Below are positions 27,206 through 36,641 of a DNA stretch of 64,000 nt, piece by piece; the stretch's first letter is position 1, and every line of letters begins with the position of its first letter. Under the pieces are notes generated by a model, which worked only from the letters and a program-made list of their open reading frames with translations, was not told the DNA's origin and did no database searches. The DNA is from an uncultured archaeon (GTDB taxonomy: Archaea; Iainarchaeota; Iainarchaeia; Iainarchaeales; GCA-2688035). Both the position numbers and the translations under genes were made by a program. The stretch spans positions 116,770 to 180,769 of the forward strand of contig CAYHBD010000009.1 in assembly GCA_964354805.1 (NCBI GenBank). The letters are read 5' to 3'.

Positions 27206-30200
27206 ATGCCGATAAAAATTGACATTGATGCAAGTAGTGCGGTTAAGAGCTACTATGATTCAGTTGCAGCTGAAGTGGAAAAACAGCTTTCCGTTGCAGC
27301 AGAGGCAAAGTCAAGGGGCTTTGATGTAAGCACTGCAATCGAAACAAAGCCTGTGGCAGACCTTGCCGACAGGACTGAAACAATTATCGGGCCGCCGGGA
27401 ATTGCAAAAAGGTACAGGGAAGTGTTTGAGGAAAAGAATGGAAACAGGATGGATGCAATATTCCAAATATTCAAGGAAATAATCGACCAGCAGTGGTGCA
27501 AGATTGTGGACGACCAGAAAAGGATTGAACAGGCAATCAAAACATGCCTTGTTTTGAATACCGAGGGCGTTGTTGTTGCACCGCTTGACGGGGTGCCTGA
27601 AATAAAAATAAGCAGAAACCCTGATGGAAGCAAATACATCGATGTTTACTACGCAGGCCCGATAAGGGCAGCAGGCGGAACATCAGCAGTATTGCCGCTT
27701 ATTTTAGGGGATTACGCAAAGCAGTTGCTCGGTCTGGACAGGTTCAAGCCGACAGAGGATGAAGTGGAGAGATATGTTGAAGAATGCCAGATTTATGAAG
27801 AGATTGTAAGCAGGCAGTACAGGCTGAGCGAGGCTGAAGTGAAAAAAATAATTAGGGGCTGCACTGTGTGCATCAACGGCGAACCAACGGAAGAAAGGGA
27901 AGTGGCAGTGCACAGGAACCTGCCGAGAATTGAAAGCAACAGGATAAGGGGCGGAATGTGCCTTGTGATAAGCGAAGGCGTTGCACTAAAAGCGCCGAAG
28001 ATTCTGCAGTTTTCGAAACAGCTTGGATTGGACTGGAGCTGGCTTGAAGGAATAATAAAGGTGGGAAAAAGCGAAAGCGGCGAGAGAAAAATTGAGCCGA
28101 ACGAAAAGTTTTTGGAGGGCACAGCAGCTGGAAGGCCGATCTTCTGCTATCCTGAGCGAATCGGGGGCTTCAGGCTGCGCTACGGCAAAGCAAGAAACAC
28201 CGGGATAATGGGGAAAGGGATTCACCCTGCAACAATGTTTCTGCTGGATGAATTTGTTGCTGTTGCAACACAGCTGAAAGTGGAAAGGCCTGGAAAAGCA
28301 GCAGGAATTTTCCCGGTTGATTCTATTGAAGGGCCGATAGTAAAGCTGCTGAACGGCTACGTTGTGAAAGTAAACAGCCTGCAGCAGGCAATTGAATTGA
28401 AACAGAAAATTGCCCAGATTCTTTTCTTGGGTGACATTCTTGTAAGCGTTGGCGATTTTCGGCACAGCGCCCATCCATTGGTGCCAGCCGGCTATTGTAG
28501 TGAATGGTGGGCAAAGGAACTGCAAAGGCAGCTGCGAAAAATCCCTGTGGAAAAAGAGCAGTTCGAGGAAATAATTGCAAAGCCGGAAAATGTAAGCATT
28601 GAACAGGCAATTGAATTGAGCGAAAAATTCAATGCGCCGCTGCACCCGAACGCGCTGTATTACTATGACGCTTTGAACAAAAATGAATTAATTCAATTAA
28701 TTAGTTTCTTGCAGAAAGCTGAAACAACCAAAGAAGGCAAAAAAATTTCCGCGATTGAATTGCCAAAACAAGGAGCGGAAAAACAACTGCTTGAAAAAAT
28801 TGGTTTGCCACACAAGGTTGAGGGCGACAAAATAATAATTGACGCAGATAATGCCCTTGCTTTAACCAAAACACTTGCCTTGCAGAAAAGCAGCCCTGAA
28901 ATTGCAGGCATAATAGAAAAATCCGCTGATGTAATTGACGCATTGAACAATTTAAGCGGCCTTGTGATTAGAGACCTTTGCGGAACATTTGTCGGAAGCA
29001 GGATGGGCAGGCCTGAGGCAAGCAGGCCGAGGAAAATGATCGGAAACCCAAACGTGCTTTTCCCAATAGGCTTGCACGGTGGCAACATCAGGAGCGTCAA
29101 CAAGGCAATGGCAAGTGAAACAGAGGGCAGCCCAGGCAAAATACTGGTTGAAATAGCTTTATTCAAATGCCCGGAATGCAGGCAGGTAAGGGAGCAGCCA
29201 TTCTGCCCTGCATGCGGCAAAAGAGCTGAAAAAATAAACCAGTGCCCGAACTGCGGCAGCATTTCTGCAACGGAAAAATGCGCAAAATGCGGCAAGATGA
29301 CATCGCCTTTCTCAAAAAGGGAGATTGACCTAGGCCTTACAATGCAACAGGCAGCACAGAACCTTGGCATAAAAGTGCCTGAACTTGTAAAAGGAGTAAA
29401 AGGGACAATAAACAAGGACAGAGTAACCGAACCCCTGGAAAAAGGACTGCTGAGAGCAAAGCACGACATGCATGTTTTCAGGGACGCGACAATAAGGTAT
29501 GAGCTGATAAATGCGCCCTTAACGCACTTCACTGCAGCAGAGATTGGAATAAGCATTGCCAAGCTGCGCGAATTAGGCTACAGTAAGGACAGTGAAGGAA
29601 AGGAATTGGAAAAGAACGGGCAATTGGTCGAATTAATGCCCCAGGACATAATAATCCACGAGCAGGCAGGCGAATTCTTTGCAAAAGAAACAAAATTCAT
29701 AGACGAACTGCTGCAGCGCTTCTACAAAATACAGCCATACTTCAACGTAAACAAAAAAGAAGATTTGGTGGGGCAACTGCTGCTTGGGCTAGCACCCCAC
29801 ACAAGCGCGGCAATAGTCGGCAGGGTGATTGGCTTCACAAAAGCAAGATGCTGCTTTGCCCACCCATTCTTCCACCAGACAAAGAGGCGAAACATAGACG
29901 GAGACCAGGATTCACTGCTTCTGCTTATGGATGCCCTGCTGAATTTCTCGCATTCGTATCTGCCGAGCAGCAGGGGAGGCAGAATGGATGCACCGCTCGT
30001 TTTCACCATTGCCTTGAAACCAACAGAAATAGATGATGAGTGCTATCAAATGGAGAAATGCAGCAGCTATCCGCTTGAATTGTATGAAATGGCCCAGAAA
30101 ATAATGCCGGCTGATGTAAGCGGCATTGAAAGAGTGAAAGACAGCCTTGGCAAGCAAAGCCAGTATGACGGATTCGAGTGCACGCATTCAACAAGCCAGT

Positions 30201-30643
30201 TTGATGCCGGTCCTACAACAAGCAGATATGTTACGCTTGGCACAATGGAGGAAAAGCTGAGGGCGCAGGCAAAACTGCAGTTCAAAATCGCGGCATGCGA
30301 AGGAAAAGACGCCATGGAAAGAGTGATGGTATCGCACCTTTTGCCTGACATAATCGGAAACACCAGGGCATTCAGCAGGCAGCAGTTTCGCTGCACTGCA
30401 TGCAACGCAAAAATGAGGAGGATTCCGCTTGACGGAAAATGCATTCAGTGCGGAAAACCCAGCGTCATTCTGACAATAGCGCAGGGCAGCGTGCGAAAAT
30501 ACCTGCTGATAGCGAAAGCGCTTGCGGAAGAATACCAGCTAAGCGATTACCTGAAGCAGAGGCTTGAATTAGCCGGCAGGGAAATAGACAGCATATTCCA
30601 AAACGAGCAAAAAGAGCAAAAAAAGCTGGCGGAATTTGTTTAA
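27206..30643 (+). CDS. polC: DNA polymerase D large subunit DP2
   Basis: YYAGPIRAAGGT, GGFRLRYG, RMGRPE, KRRNIDGDQD, GGRMDAPL, zinc fingers; no intein evident. Confidence 0.96.
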   Translation: MPIKIDIDASSAVKSYYDSVAAEVEKQLSVAAEAKSRGFDVSTAIETKPVADLADRTETIIGPPGIAKRYREVFEEKNGNRMDAIFQIFKEIIDQQWCKIVDDQKRIEQAIKTCLVLNTEGVVVAPLDGVPEIKISRNPDGSKYIDVYYAGPIRAAGGTSAVLPLILGDYAKQLLGLDRFKPTEDEVERYVEECQIYEEIVSRQYRLSEAEVKKIIRGCTVCINGEPTEEREVAVHRNLPRIESNRIRGGMCLVISEGVALKAPKILQFSKQLGLDWSWLEGIIKVGKSESGERKIEPNEKFLEGTAAGRPIFCYPERIGGFRLRYGKARNTGIMGKGIHPATMFLLDEFVAVATQLKVERPGKAAGIFPVDSIEGPIVKLLNGYVVKVNSLQQAIELKQKIAQILFLGDILVSVGDFRHSAHPLVPAGYCSEWWAKELQRQLRKIPVEKEQFEEIIAKPENVSIEQAIELSEKFNAPLHPNALYYYDALNKNELIQLISFLQKAETTKEGKKISAIELPKQGAEKQLLEKIGLPHKVEGDKIIIDADNALALTKTLALQKSSPEIAGIIEKSADVIDALNNLSGLVIRDLCGTFVGSRMGRPEASRPRKMIGNPNVLFPIGLHGGNIRSVNKAMASETEGSPGKILVEIALFKCPECRQVREQPFCPACGKRAEKINQCPNCGSISATEKCAKCGKMTSPFSKREIDLGLTMQQAAQNLGIKVPELVKGVKGTINKDRVTEPLEKGLLRAKHDMHVFRDATIRYELINAPLTHFTAAEIGISIAKLRELGYSKDSEGKELEKNGQLVELMPQDIIIHEQAGEFFAKETKFIDELLQRFYKIQPYFNVNKKEDLVGQLLLGLAPHTSAAIVGRVIGFTKARCCFAHPFFHQTKRRNIDGDQDSLLLLMDALLNFSHSYLPSSRGGRMDAPLVFTIALKPTEIDDECYQMEKCSSYPLELYEMAQKIMPADVSGIERVKDSLGKQSQYDGFECTHSTSQFDAGPTTSRYVTLGTMEEKLRAQAKLQFKIAACEGKDAMERVMVSHLLPDIIGNTRAFSRQQFRCTACNAKMRRIPLDGKCIQCGKPSVILTIAQGSVRKYLLIAKALAEEYQLSDYLKQRLELAGREIDSIFQNEQKEQKKLAEFV

Positions 30644-30723
30644 GTGGAAGGGCAGACCCGAAACAATGTTTTTTAAAATAAACCTGAAAATCTTATTTAT
30701 ATAAACTGCTAAAGGGAAAAAGT

Positions 30724-31005
30724 ATGGCTGCGAATAAACCTGCATTTCACGGGATTACAAAATCAAGTATGCACAATGTTGGTGGCGGCAGGCGCAGAGG
30801 AGGCACCAGAGGAGTCAGCGTTTACAAAAACGTGGTCATACTAAAGCCAGGGCAGAGAATAGTTTACAGATCAAGCTGCCCGCATAGCATTGTGGACGCA
30901 AAAGGGAGAACAATTAGACTTTTCAAGGAGTGGGCATTAACAGCAAGGAAAAAGATAAGCAGGCAAGGGGGTAATAAACCCACGTCGATGAGTGAAGAGG
31001 TATAA
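30724..31005 (+). CDS. Small basic hypothetical protein
   Basis: 93-aa ORF preceded by a TTTATATA box; no recognised motif. Confidence 0.5.
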   Translation: MAANKPAFHGITKSSMHNVGGGRRRGGTRGVSVYKNVVILKPGQRIVYRSSCPHSIVDAKGRTIRLFKEWALTARKKISRQGGNKPTSMSEEV

Positions 31006-31018
31006 AAGGGCCAAAAAA

Positions 31019-31072
31019 TTATTCTCCCATCAATTCCTTTTCCAAAACAGCCCTGAGTTTTTTTGTGCCGAA
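31019..31072 (-). repeat. Synonymously diverged copy of the cdc6 3' end
   Basis: Encodes FGTKKLRAVLEKELMGE* vs real FDAKKLRAVLEKELMGE*. Confidence 0.92.
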
Positions 31073-31076
31073 GGTT

Positions 31077-32402
31077 TTATTCTCCCATCAGCTCTTTTTC
31101 CAGCACAGCTCTTAATTTTTTCGCATCGAACCCGAGCTTTATGAGCGTGGTTGCTCCCCTTACTCCTTTTCCGCTTGCTGTTGTCAAAAGCAGCCCGTAT
31201 GTGTCCAATTCATTGATGTATTCCCTGAACCATCTGCTGCTTACAACGCTTTCGTTCAGGGAGAGAGCAATGCGCTTGTATTCGTTGTAGATGTCACCGC
31301 TGCAGAAAACGCCTTCCTCGCTTTGGCCTGAACCTGTTATTCTCTGCATTCCTTTTCCCTGTGTTGTGAGCAGGGAAATCGCGTACAACACCAGCTGCTG
31401 CTGCTTTGGCAGGGTTGCAACCATGTTAAGGATGATTTCCTGTTCAACGCTTGTCTTTGCCTTTCTTACCATGACATCAGTTACCTCGCTGAATTGCATT
31501 TTGTCCGCCTCTTCTCCGGCTCTAAGAAGCAGCATTATTGCTGTTCTTGCATCCCCTGTTTCCTGCGCTGCGATTGCGGATGCGAGGTTGATTGCGCTGC
31601 TGCTTACAGCGCCGGGCCTGAATGCCTTTGCAATCCTTTCCTGTAGGATTGCCTTGAGCTCTTCAGCGTTGTAAGGCGGGAAAACCATTTCTTTTTCCAA
31701 GAGTGCGCTTTTTGTTCTTGCATCAAGGCGCTCTTTGAAGAAAAGGTTGTTGCTTATTCCAAGGATGCTGATGCTACCGAATGGCAGCTCGTCGTTTGCC
31801 CTTGTAAGCGAGTAAACCAGTTCGTCCAAATCCTTGGCTTTGTCTATTTCATCCAGCACAATGATGAGGTTCTTTCCTTTTTCAGATGCCGCCTGCAGCA
31901 GTTTTTCGAACACAAAGGAAGCGCTGTATCCAATGAAGTCCTCTTTTGGATGGAATTTCTGCATTGCCTTGAGCAGAACCTTATATTTGCTGTTGTGGTT
32001 TCTGCAGTTAACGAAAGCGAAGTCAACTGGCGAATTGCTTTGCTCAATGAATTGCTGCAATTGCTGCAATACGTGCTTTACAGTGACTGTTTTTCCTGTT
32101 CCGACTTTTCCGTAAATGAAAACATTGTCTGCTTTTTTCCCCTGCAGAGTTGCAGCAAGCGCTGTGCTGATTTGCTCGATCTGCTTTTGCCTGAATGGCA
32201 GGGCATCAGGGACATAGTGCGGGGAAATAATGTTTTTATCCAGAAAAACAGTGTGCTTTGTGATAAACTGCTGGAAAATGTTCTGCTGCGGAAATGTTTC
32301 GTCCTGTAGTGAAACAATTTTTTTCTGCTGCAGCAATGTTTCGTTCTGCGCTGAAACAATTTTCTGCCCCAGTCCCACCAATGTCTGCTGTGCCACACCC
32401 AT
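31077..32402 (-). CDS. cdc6: Orc1/Cdc6 replication initiator
   Basis: YVPDALPFR, Walker A GKVGTGKT, Walker B IVLDEID, FPPYNAEEL, GDAR, C-terminal wH. Confidence 0.93.
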   Translation of the reverse strand: MGVAQQTLVGLGQKIVSAQNETLLQQKKIVSLQDETFPQQNIFQQFITKHTVFLDKNIISPHYVPDALPFRQKQIEQISTALAATLQGKKADNVFIYGKVGTGKTVTVKHVLQQLQQFIEQSNSPVDFAFVNCRNHNSKYKVLLKAMQKFHPKEDFIGYSASFVFEKLLQAASEKGKNLIIVLDEIDKAKDLDELVYSLTRANDELPFGSISILGISNNLFFKERLDARTKSALLEKEMVFPPYNAEELKAILQERIAKAFRPGAVSSSAINLASAIAAQETGDARTAIMLLLRAGEEADKMQFSEVTDVMVRKAKTSVEQEIILNMVATLPKQQQLVLYAISLLTTQGKGMQRITGSGQSEEGVFCSGDIYNEYKRIALSLNESVVSSRWFREYINELDTYGLLLTTASGKGVRGATTLIKLGFDAKKLRAVLEKELMGE

Positions 32403-32748
32403 TTGAACCCCGCCTGATTGTTGATTTGTTCAAAAAACAATTGAACCAAAAAAATCCCTTAAATTTTTTCCTTTTAAAAGGTTTAATTCAATTGAAAAAA
32501 TCGCTTTTTATTTTTTAAATGAATTTAAGAAATTGGGAGCATAATATTATTGGCTGTTGTTTTAAAAAAAGGGAGGGCTTTCAAAAGCAAACCATCCTGC
32601 TGCCAAAAATTTGCTTTCCTTACCGAAAAAAATTATTTTTCCGCAGCAAATTGTTATGTAGGATTGCAGAATACTATTTAAAAAAGTGTTTGTAAGGGAA
32701 ATACTATAACTAAAATTATTTAAAAAAAACCGGGGGTGTAGTAATTTT

Positions 32749-33108
32749 ATGGCTCTTTTGGAAAAAGTCCTAAAAAAATCAGACGCGCTTGACATGGAGG
32801 ACTTCCTGAACAACTTGGACAAGGAAGACGAAACAATGTACGAGGACGCCGACGCTTTTGTTAAGCCATTCACTCTTGCGGCAGACGCCGACGCGGACAT
32901 TGTCATAAACGAGGCAAAAGCCGGAAACATTGTCCTGCTGAATATCGGCGATTTAAGCAAGAGAAACGCGATAAAACTGAAGGAAATGGTTTCAAAAATA
33001 AGAGACGGCGTATACTCAATGAACGGAGACATAGCAAGAATAAGCCAAGACAGGGTCCTGATAACGCCAACCAGAGTAAAAATAGTTAAAAAGAGAGGGG
33101 CCCAGTAA
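32749..33108 (+). CDS. sepF: Cell division protein SepF
   Basis: EAKAGNIVLLNI, NGDIARISQDRVLITPTRVKI. Confidence 0.88.
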   Translation: MALLEKVLKKSDALDMEDFLNNLDKEDETMYEDADAFVKPFTLAADADADIVINEAKAGNIVLLNIGDLSKRNAIKLKEMVSKIRDGVYSMNGDIARISQDRVLITPTRVKIVKKRGAQ

Positions 33109-33158
33109 AGGGTTAGGGGAAACATTTTTTATTCCCTCAACTCCAAATATTTTTATAT

Positions 33159-33470
33159 ATGGTACTGCAAACCCCCTCATTTTCTATTTCAGAAAAAGCA
33201 CCTGAGCCTACGGCAGAATCGCCCGAGAGAAAAAAAGGCAGCATTGAAATAATAAAAGAAACACTGCAAGAGCTCAAACAGCCAAGCGCCTGGCTGCGCT
33301 ACACAAAAGAAATCGCCGCAGGCGTGGCAGGCAAAGCTGTTGCGCAAGGAAAAAAAGGCAGCAAGGGAGAAAAAAAGCACTTCTGGCAACTGCTGCAAAA
33401 ACCCAGCTTCTGGATAACAATTGCGCTGCTGATTATTCTGGCAATAGTGCTTGCATGGATTTATTTATAA
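33159..33470 (+). CDS. Hypothetical protein with C-terminal TM helix
   Basis: 103-aa ORF ending FWITIALLIILAIVLAWIYL. Confidence 0.55.
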   Translation: MVLQTPSFSISEKAPEPTAESPERKKGSIEIIKETLQELKQPSAWLRYTKEIAAGVAGKAVAQGKKGSKGEKKHFWQLLQKPSFWITIALLIILAIVLAWIYL

Positions 33471-34251
33471 CCAGCCTGTCAATCCCCTTCAGCAGCAATT
33501 CTTTTTCCTTCGGCAATTTGTTGTTTTGGAAAAAAATCGCATTGCCGAACAAATAAAGCTGCGTTGGAAAGAAAGAATTGGTTAATTTGAACTGGTAAAG
33601 CCTGCACTCTTTATTGCAAGGGAAAACGCCGATTTTGCCGTGAAAAGAAATTTTATCACAGTTTGCAGCAAGACACAAACGAGTTGCTGAAACAAAGCAA
33701 AAAGGAAAGTAAAGGGAGCAGCGCAGCCTGCTCTTGCCCAAATTGGTGGCAATGCCCTGCGCCAAGTTATCCAACTCAACCCTGGCAACACCATTCTGCT
33801 GCAAAAACTTTTGGAAATGACTATTTGCAGCATGGCTCTGCATTAAGTGTGCGTAGAATTCCTTTGGAACTTTGGCTTTGAATGACGAAATCCTTGGGTC
33901 CCTGTACTGCCTGTTCAGCAGCCTGCCTGCAATCAGGGTTGCCTTGCTTTCTTTTGCAGCGTGCAGCAAGCCGTAATCGTTTACAACCAGCTCATCGCGC
34001 TCTGAAAGCATCTCTGCAAGAGGCAGAACAGAGCGCATTCCTGCATTTGTCAAAAAAGGCGTTACAAAAGAAAAACCGATTTCGTTCGCAGCACAAAAAT
34101 TTTTAACAAAAAGGAAATCCTTTTTGGTTGGCAACAATCGTTCACAAAATTCAGCGCCGAAATAAATTCTATTAAATGATTTATCCCACTGGCGCAATTG
34201 CACCTTATTTTCTACAAACAAAGCTTTCTCAATGCCCTTCATATTTTCCAC
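33433..34251 (-). CDS. U32-family-like protein (second component of a UbiU/UbiV-like pair)
   Basis: RIYFGAEFCERLLP, LVVNDYG, GRLL, RVELDN, RLC..C..C..C; overlaps the upstream U32 gene. Confidence 0.7.
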   Translation of the reverse strand: MENMKGIEKALFVENKVQLRQWDKSFNRIYFGAEFCERLLPTKKDFLFVKNFCAANEIGFSFVTPFLTNAGMRSVLPLAEMLSERDELVVNDYGLLHAAKESKATLIAGRLLNRQYRDPRISSFKAKVPKEFYAHLMQSHAANSHFQKFLQQNGVARVELDNLAQGIATNLGKSRLRCSLYFPFCFVSATRLCLAANCDKISFHGKIGVFPCNKECRLYQFKLTNSFFPTQLYLFGNAIFFQNNKLPKEKELLLKGIDRLVINKSMQALLPE

Positions 34252-35258
34252 TTCCCTGCGCTCGGGTAATAGCAGTTATTGCACTCGCAGGCCCTGTGAT
34301 ACAAATCAAAGTAAAGCCTGCCTGCCTCTTCCGCGAATTTTTTTGCAGGCAACTTTTTTGCATGCGAAGCGTTTTTTCGCAAGCCTTTTGTTAAAAGGCT
34401 TAAAGCAATCCCCTCTTTCACGGCAGCAATGTCCGCAATCTTTTTCTGCAGGCTGTTTGCCCTGCCTGCAATCTTCACTGAATCAACGCCGGCTTTGAGA
34501 AAAAAGGGCAAAGCGCACAAGCCGCAGTCATTATAGACAGTGTTGCACCAGACCTTTGCGTGCGCTGCAGCAATCTCCTTCTTGCAGGGAGCAGCGTTTC
34601 CCAGAACGCTTACAGAATAATTCATCCTGCACGCGAGAGGTTGCATTGGCAATTGCTGGCTTGGCTCAACAATGTGCTGGAAAGAGCACAAGCCGTCAAT
34701 GAAAGGGCAGATTGCATTCAAAACAAAGCACTCTGTTTCCAAGCCAAACCTTTTCGCCTGCCTTGAAAGCTGCACTGCTTCATTAACAGCCAAATGCCTT
34801 GGAAGAACAATTCGCTGAACGCCGAGCTGCTTGAAGAAATGCAGGGAATTGCTGTTGAAGCAGGGCTGCCCTGTGCTCAAAGAAATTTTTGCACCAGGAA
34901 ACTTTTCCCGAGCCAACTGAATTAGAACAGGGTCTGCAATTATCAGCCCAGCTGCTCCGGCAGCAAGAGCTTGCTTAACATAGCGCAAAACAATTGGCAT
35001 CTGTTCCTGGCTGTAAAAATGCGCGTTGAATGCAGCAAAAACTGGCACATTGCGCTTTTCAGCTGTTCTCACCGCGAGGCGCAATTCATTGAAAGAGGAA
35101 AGGTTCGCTGCCTTGTCATGCCTCAGGTTTATGCTCCCAACGAAAGTGAAGCGCTTTGCCCAATCAGGGGTCATAACGCCACAGTATAATTCGTTTGCCC
35201 CTGCTTCAATCAGGGGCAGCACTTCTGCACTGCTTGCAAAGGGAGAAAGTATTTGCAT
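34239..35258 (-). CDS. Peptidase U32 family (Fe-S hydroxylase-like) protein
   Basis: AGANELYCG, LIIADP, RIVLPRHL, CPFIDGLC, CGLC, SVKIAGR. Confidence 0.85.
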   Translation of the reverse strand: MQILSPFASSAEVLPLIEAGANELYCGVMTPDWAKRFTFVGSINLRHDKAANLSSFNELRLAVRTAEKRNVPVFAAFNAHFYSQEQMPIVLRYVKQALAAGAAGLIIADPVLIQLAREKFPGAKISLSTGQPCFNSNSLHFFKQLGVQRIVLPRHLAVNEAVQLSRQAKRFGLETECFVLNAICPFIDGLCSFQHIVEPSQQLPMQPLACRMNYSVSVLGNAAPCKKEIAAAHAKVWCNTVYNDCGLCALPFFLKAGVDSVKIAGRANSLQKKIADIAAVKEGIALSLLTKGLRKNASHAKKLPAKKFAEEAGRLYFDLYHRACECNNCYYPSAGKWKI

Positions 35259-35315
35259 AATACAAATTAATTGATAGAAATCACTTATAATCCTTTTTGG
35301 AAAAGAAATAATACT

Positions 35316-36641
35316 ATGGTTATTGATATTTCAGCGCAGGAATTGCTTGAACTGCGCAAAGCAGGCATTGAAAAAAATCCCAGGGACCACGACTTTGTTT
35401 ACAGGTATCCGCCGAGCGACAAAATGCCTTTCATTGATTTGAAGCGATTTATCGGCAATTTGGAGGGGGCAGATTTTGCCAAAGAGGAAATTGCTTTTTA
35501 TTTGCACCTGCCATTCTGCACAAAAATCTGCTCATACTGCCACTACAGCAAGCAGCTGGCAGTGAGCAAAGAAATCGAATTATACGCGGAAGCGGTAAAA
35601 AAAGAAATGTCCGGTTACAGGGAATTAATCAAGGGAGAAATTAAACTGAACAGCGTTTTCTTCGGGGGTGGAACCCCGACAGTGTTGAAAGCAGAGCAGC
35701 TAAGCGAGTTATTGCAATCACTTTCAACAACATTTGACTTGAATCTGGAAAAAAAAGAAATTTCGATTGAATCAAGCCCGGAAACACTTGGAGAAGAGAA
35801 ACTTTTTGCGTTAAGGGAAGCGGGATTCAACAGGCTCAGCATCGGAGCGCAGGATTTCGATGATGCTGTGTTAAAGCAGTGCAACAGAAATCACGGCACT
35901 AAGCAGGCGCTGCAGGCATTTGATTCGGCGAGAAGCGCAGGCTTCCAAAACATTAACATCGATTTGTTGTACGGGCTGCCAGGGCAGACAATTGAATCAT
36001 GGGAGCAGACAATGCAGCAAATCAGCGAACTAAAACCTGAAAGCGTTACTGCATCTGATTTGCGCATTCTGCCAGGCGCAAAATTCTACAGCACAGATGA
36101 AATTTTTCCAAGCACTGGGCAAATGGTTGAAATGTATTCTTTGTTTGCTGAAAAAATGCTGTCAATGCATTACATCCAGCAGTTCCCATACCAGTTCGTC
36201 AAGCCGGGCAGGGAAATGGCTTTCCTCGAACAACAGTGGAGCAATGGCAGCTTTCTTGGAATAGGGCAAAGCAGCTGCTCTTTCATAGCGAAATGGGACT
36301 ACAACAATGCTTTCCCGCTGAAAAAATACTGTGAAGCAATTACTGACAACAAAATTTCCGCTGCAATGGGAAAAAAGCTGAGCAAAAAAGAGGAAATGAT
36401 TAGGTTTGCTGCGCTCGGGCTGAAAAAGTGCGGCATTAACAGGGAGCAAAGCGGGATAAACAAGGCTACATTTAAGAAAAAATTCGGCATTGAAATCGAA
36501 GGGGCATTCAAAGAACAAATTGAAAAACTGCTGGCATTGGGATTAATTGAAAACAAAGGTGATTGGCTGCGCCTGAGCGGGAAAGGCCTGTTCTTCCACG
36601 ATGAAATTGGGAAGCGGTTTTTTGAATTTTCCAAAAACTAG
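35316..36641 (+). CDS. HemN/HemW-like (class C) radical SAM protein
   Basis: YLHLPFCTKICSYC, FFGGGTPT, NRLSIGAQDF, NIDLLYGLPGQT. Confidence 0.88.
   Translation: MVIDISAQELLELRKAGIEKNPRDHDFVYRYPPSDKMPFIDLKRFIGNLEGADFAKEEIAFYLHLPFCTKICSYCHYSKQLAVSKEIELYAEAVKKEMSGYRELIKGEIKLNSVFFGGGTPTVLKAEQLSELLQSLSTTFDLNLEKKEISIESSPETLGEEKLFALREAGFNRLSIGAQDFDDAVLKQCNRNHGTKQALQAFDSARSAGFQNINIDLLYGLPGQTIESWEQTMQQISELKPESVTASDLRILPGAKFYSTDEIFPSTGQMVEMYSLFAEKMLSMHYIQQFPYQFVKPGREMAFLEQQWSNGSFLGIGQSSCSFIAKWDYNNAFPLKKYCEAITDNKISAAMGKKLSKKEEMIRFAALGLKKCGINREQSGINKATFKKKFGIEIEGAFKEQIEKLLALGLIENKGDWLRLSGKGLFFHDEIGKRFFEFSKN

Noticed and set aside
27206-30643. Intein in DP2 or Cdc6
   Set aside because: Lengths are normal and no intein splice motifs were seen.
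32403-32748. Replication origin upstream of cdc6
   Set aside because: AT-rich and plausibly placed, but I could not find repeated ORB/mini-ORB motifs.
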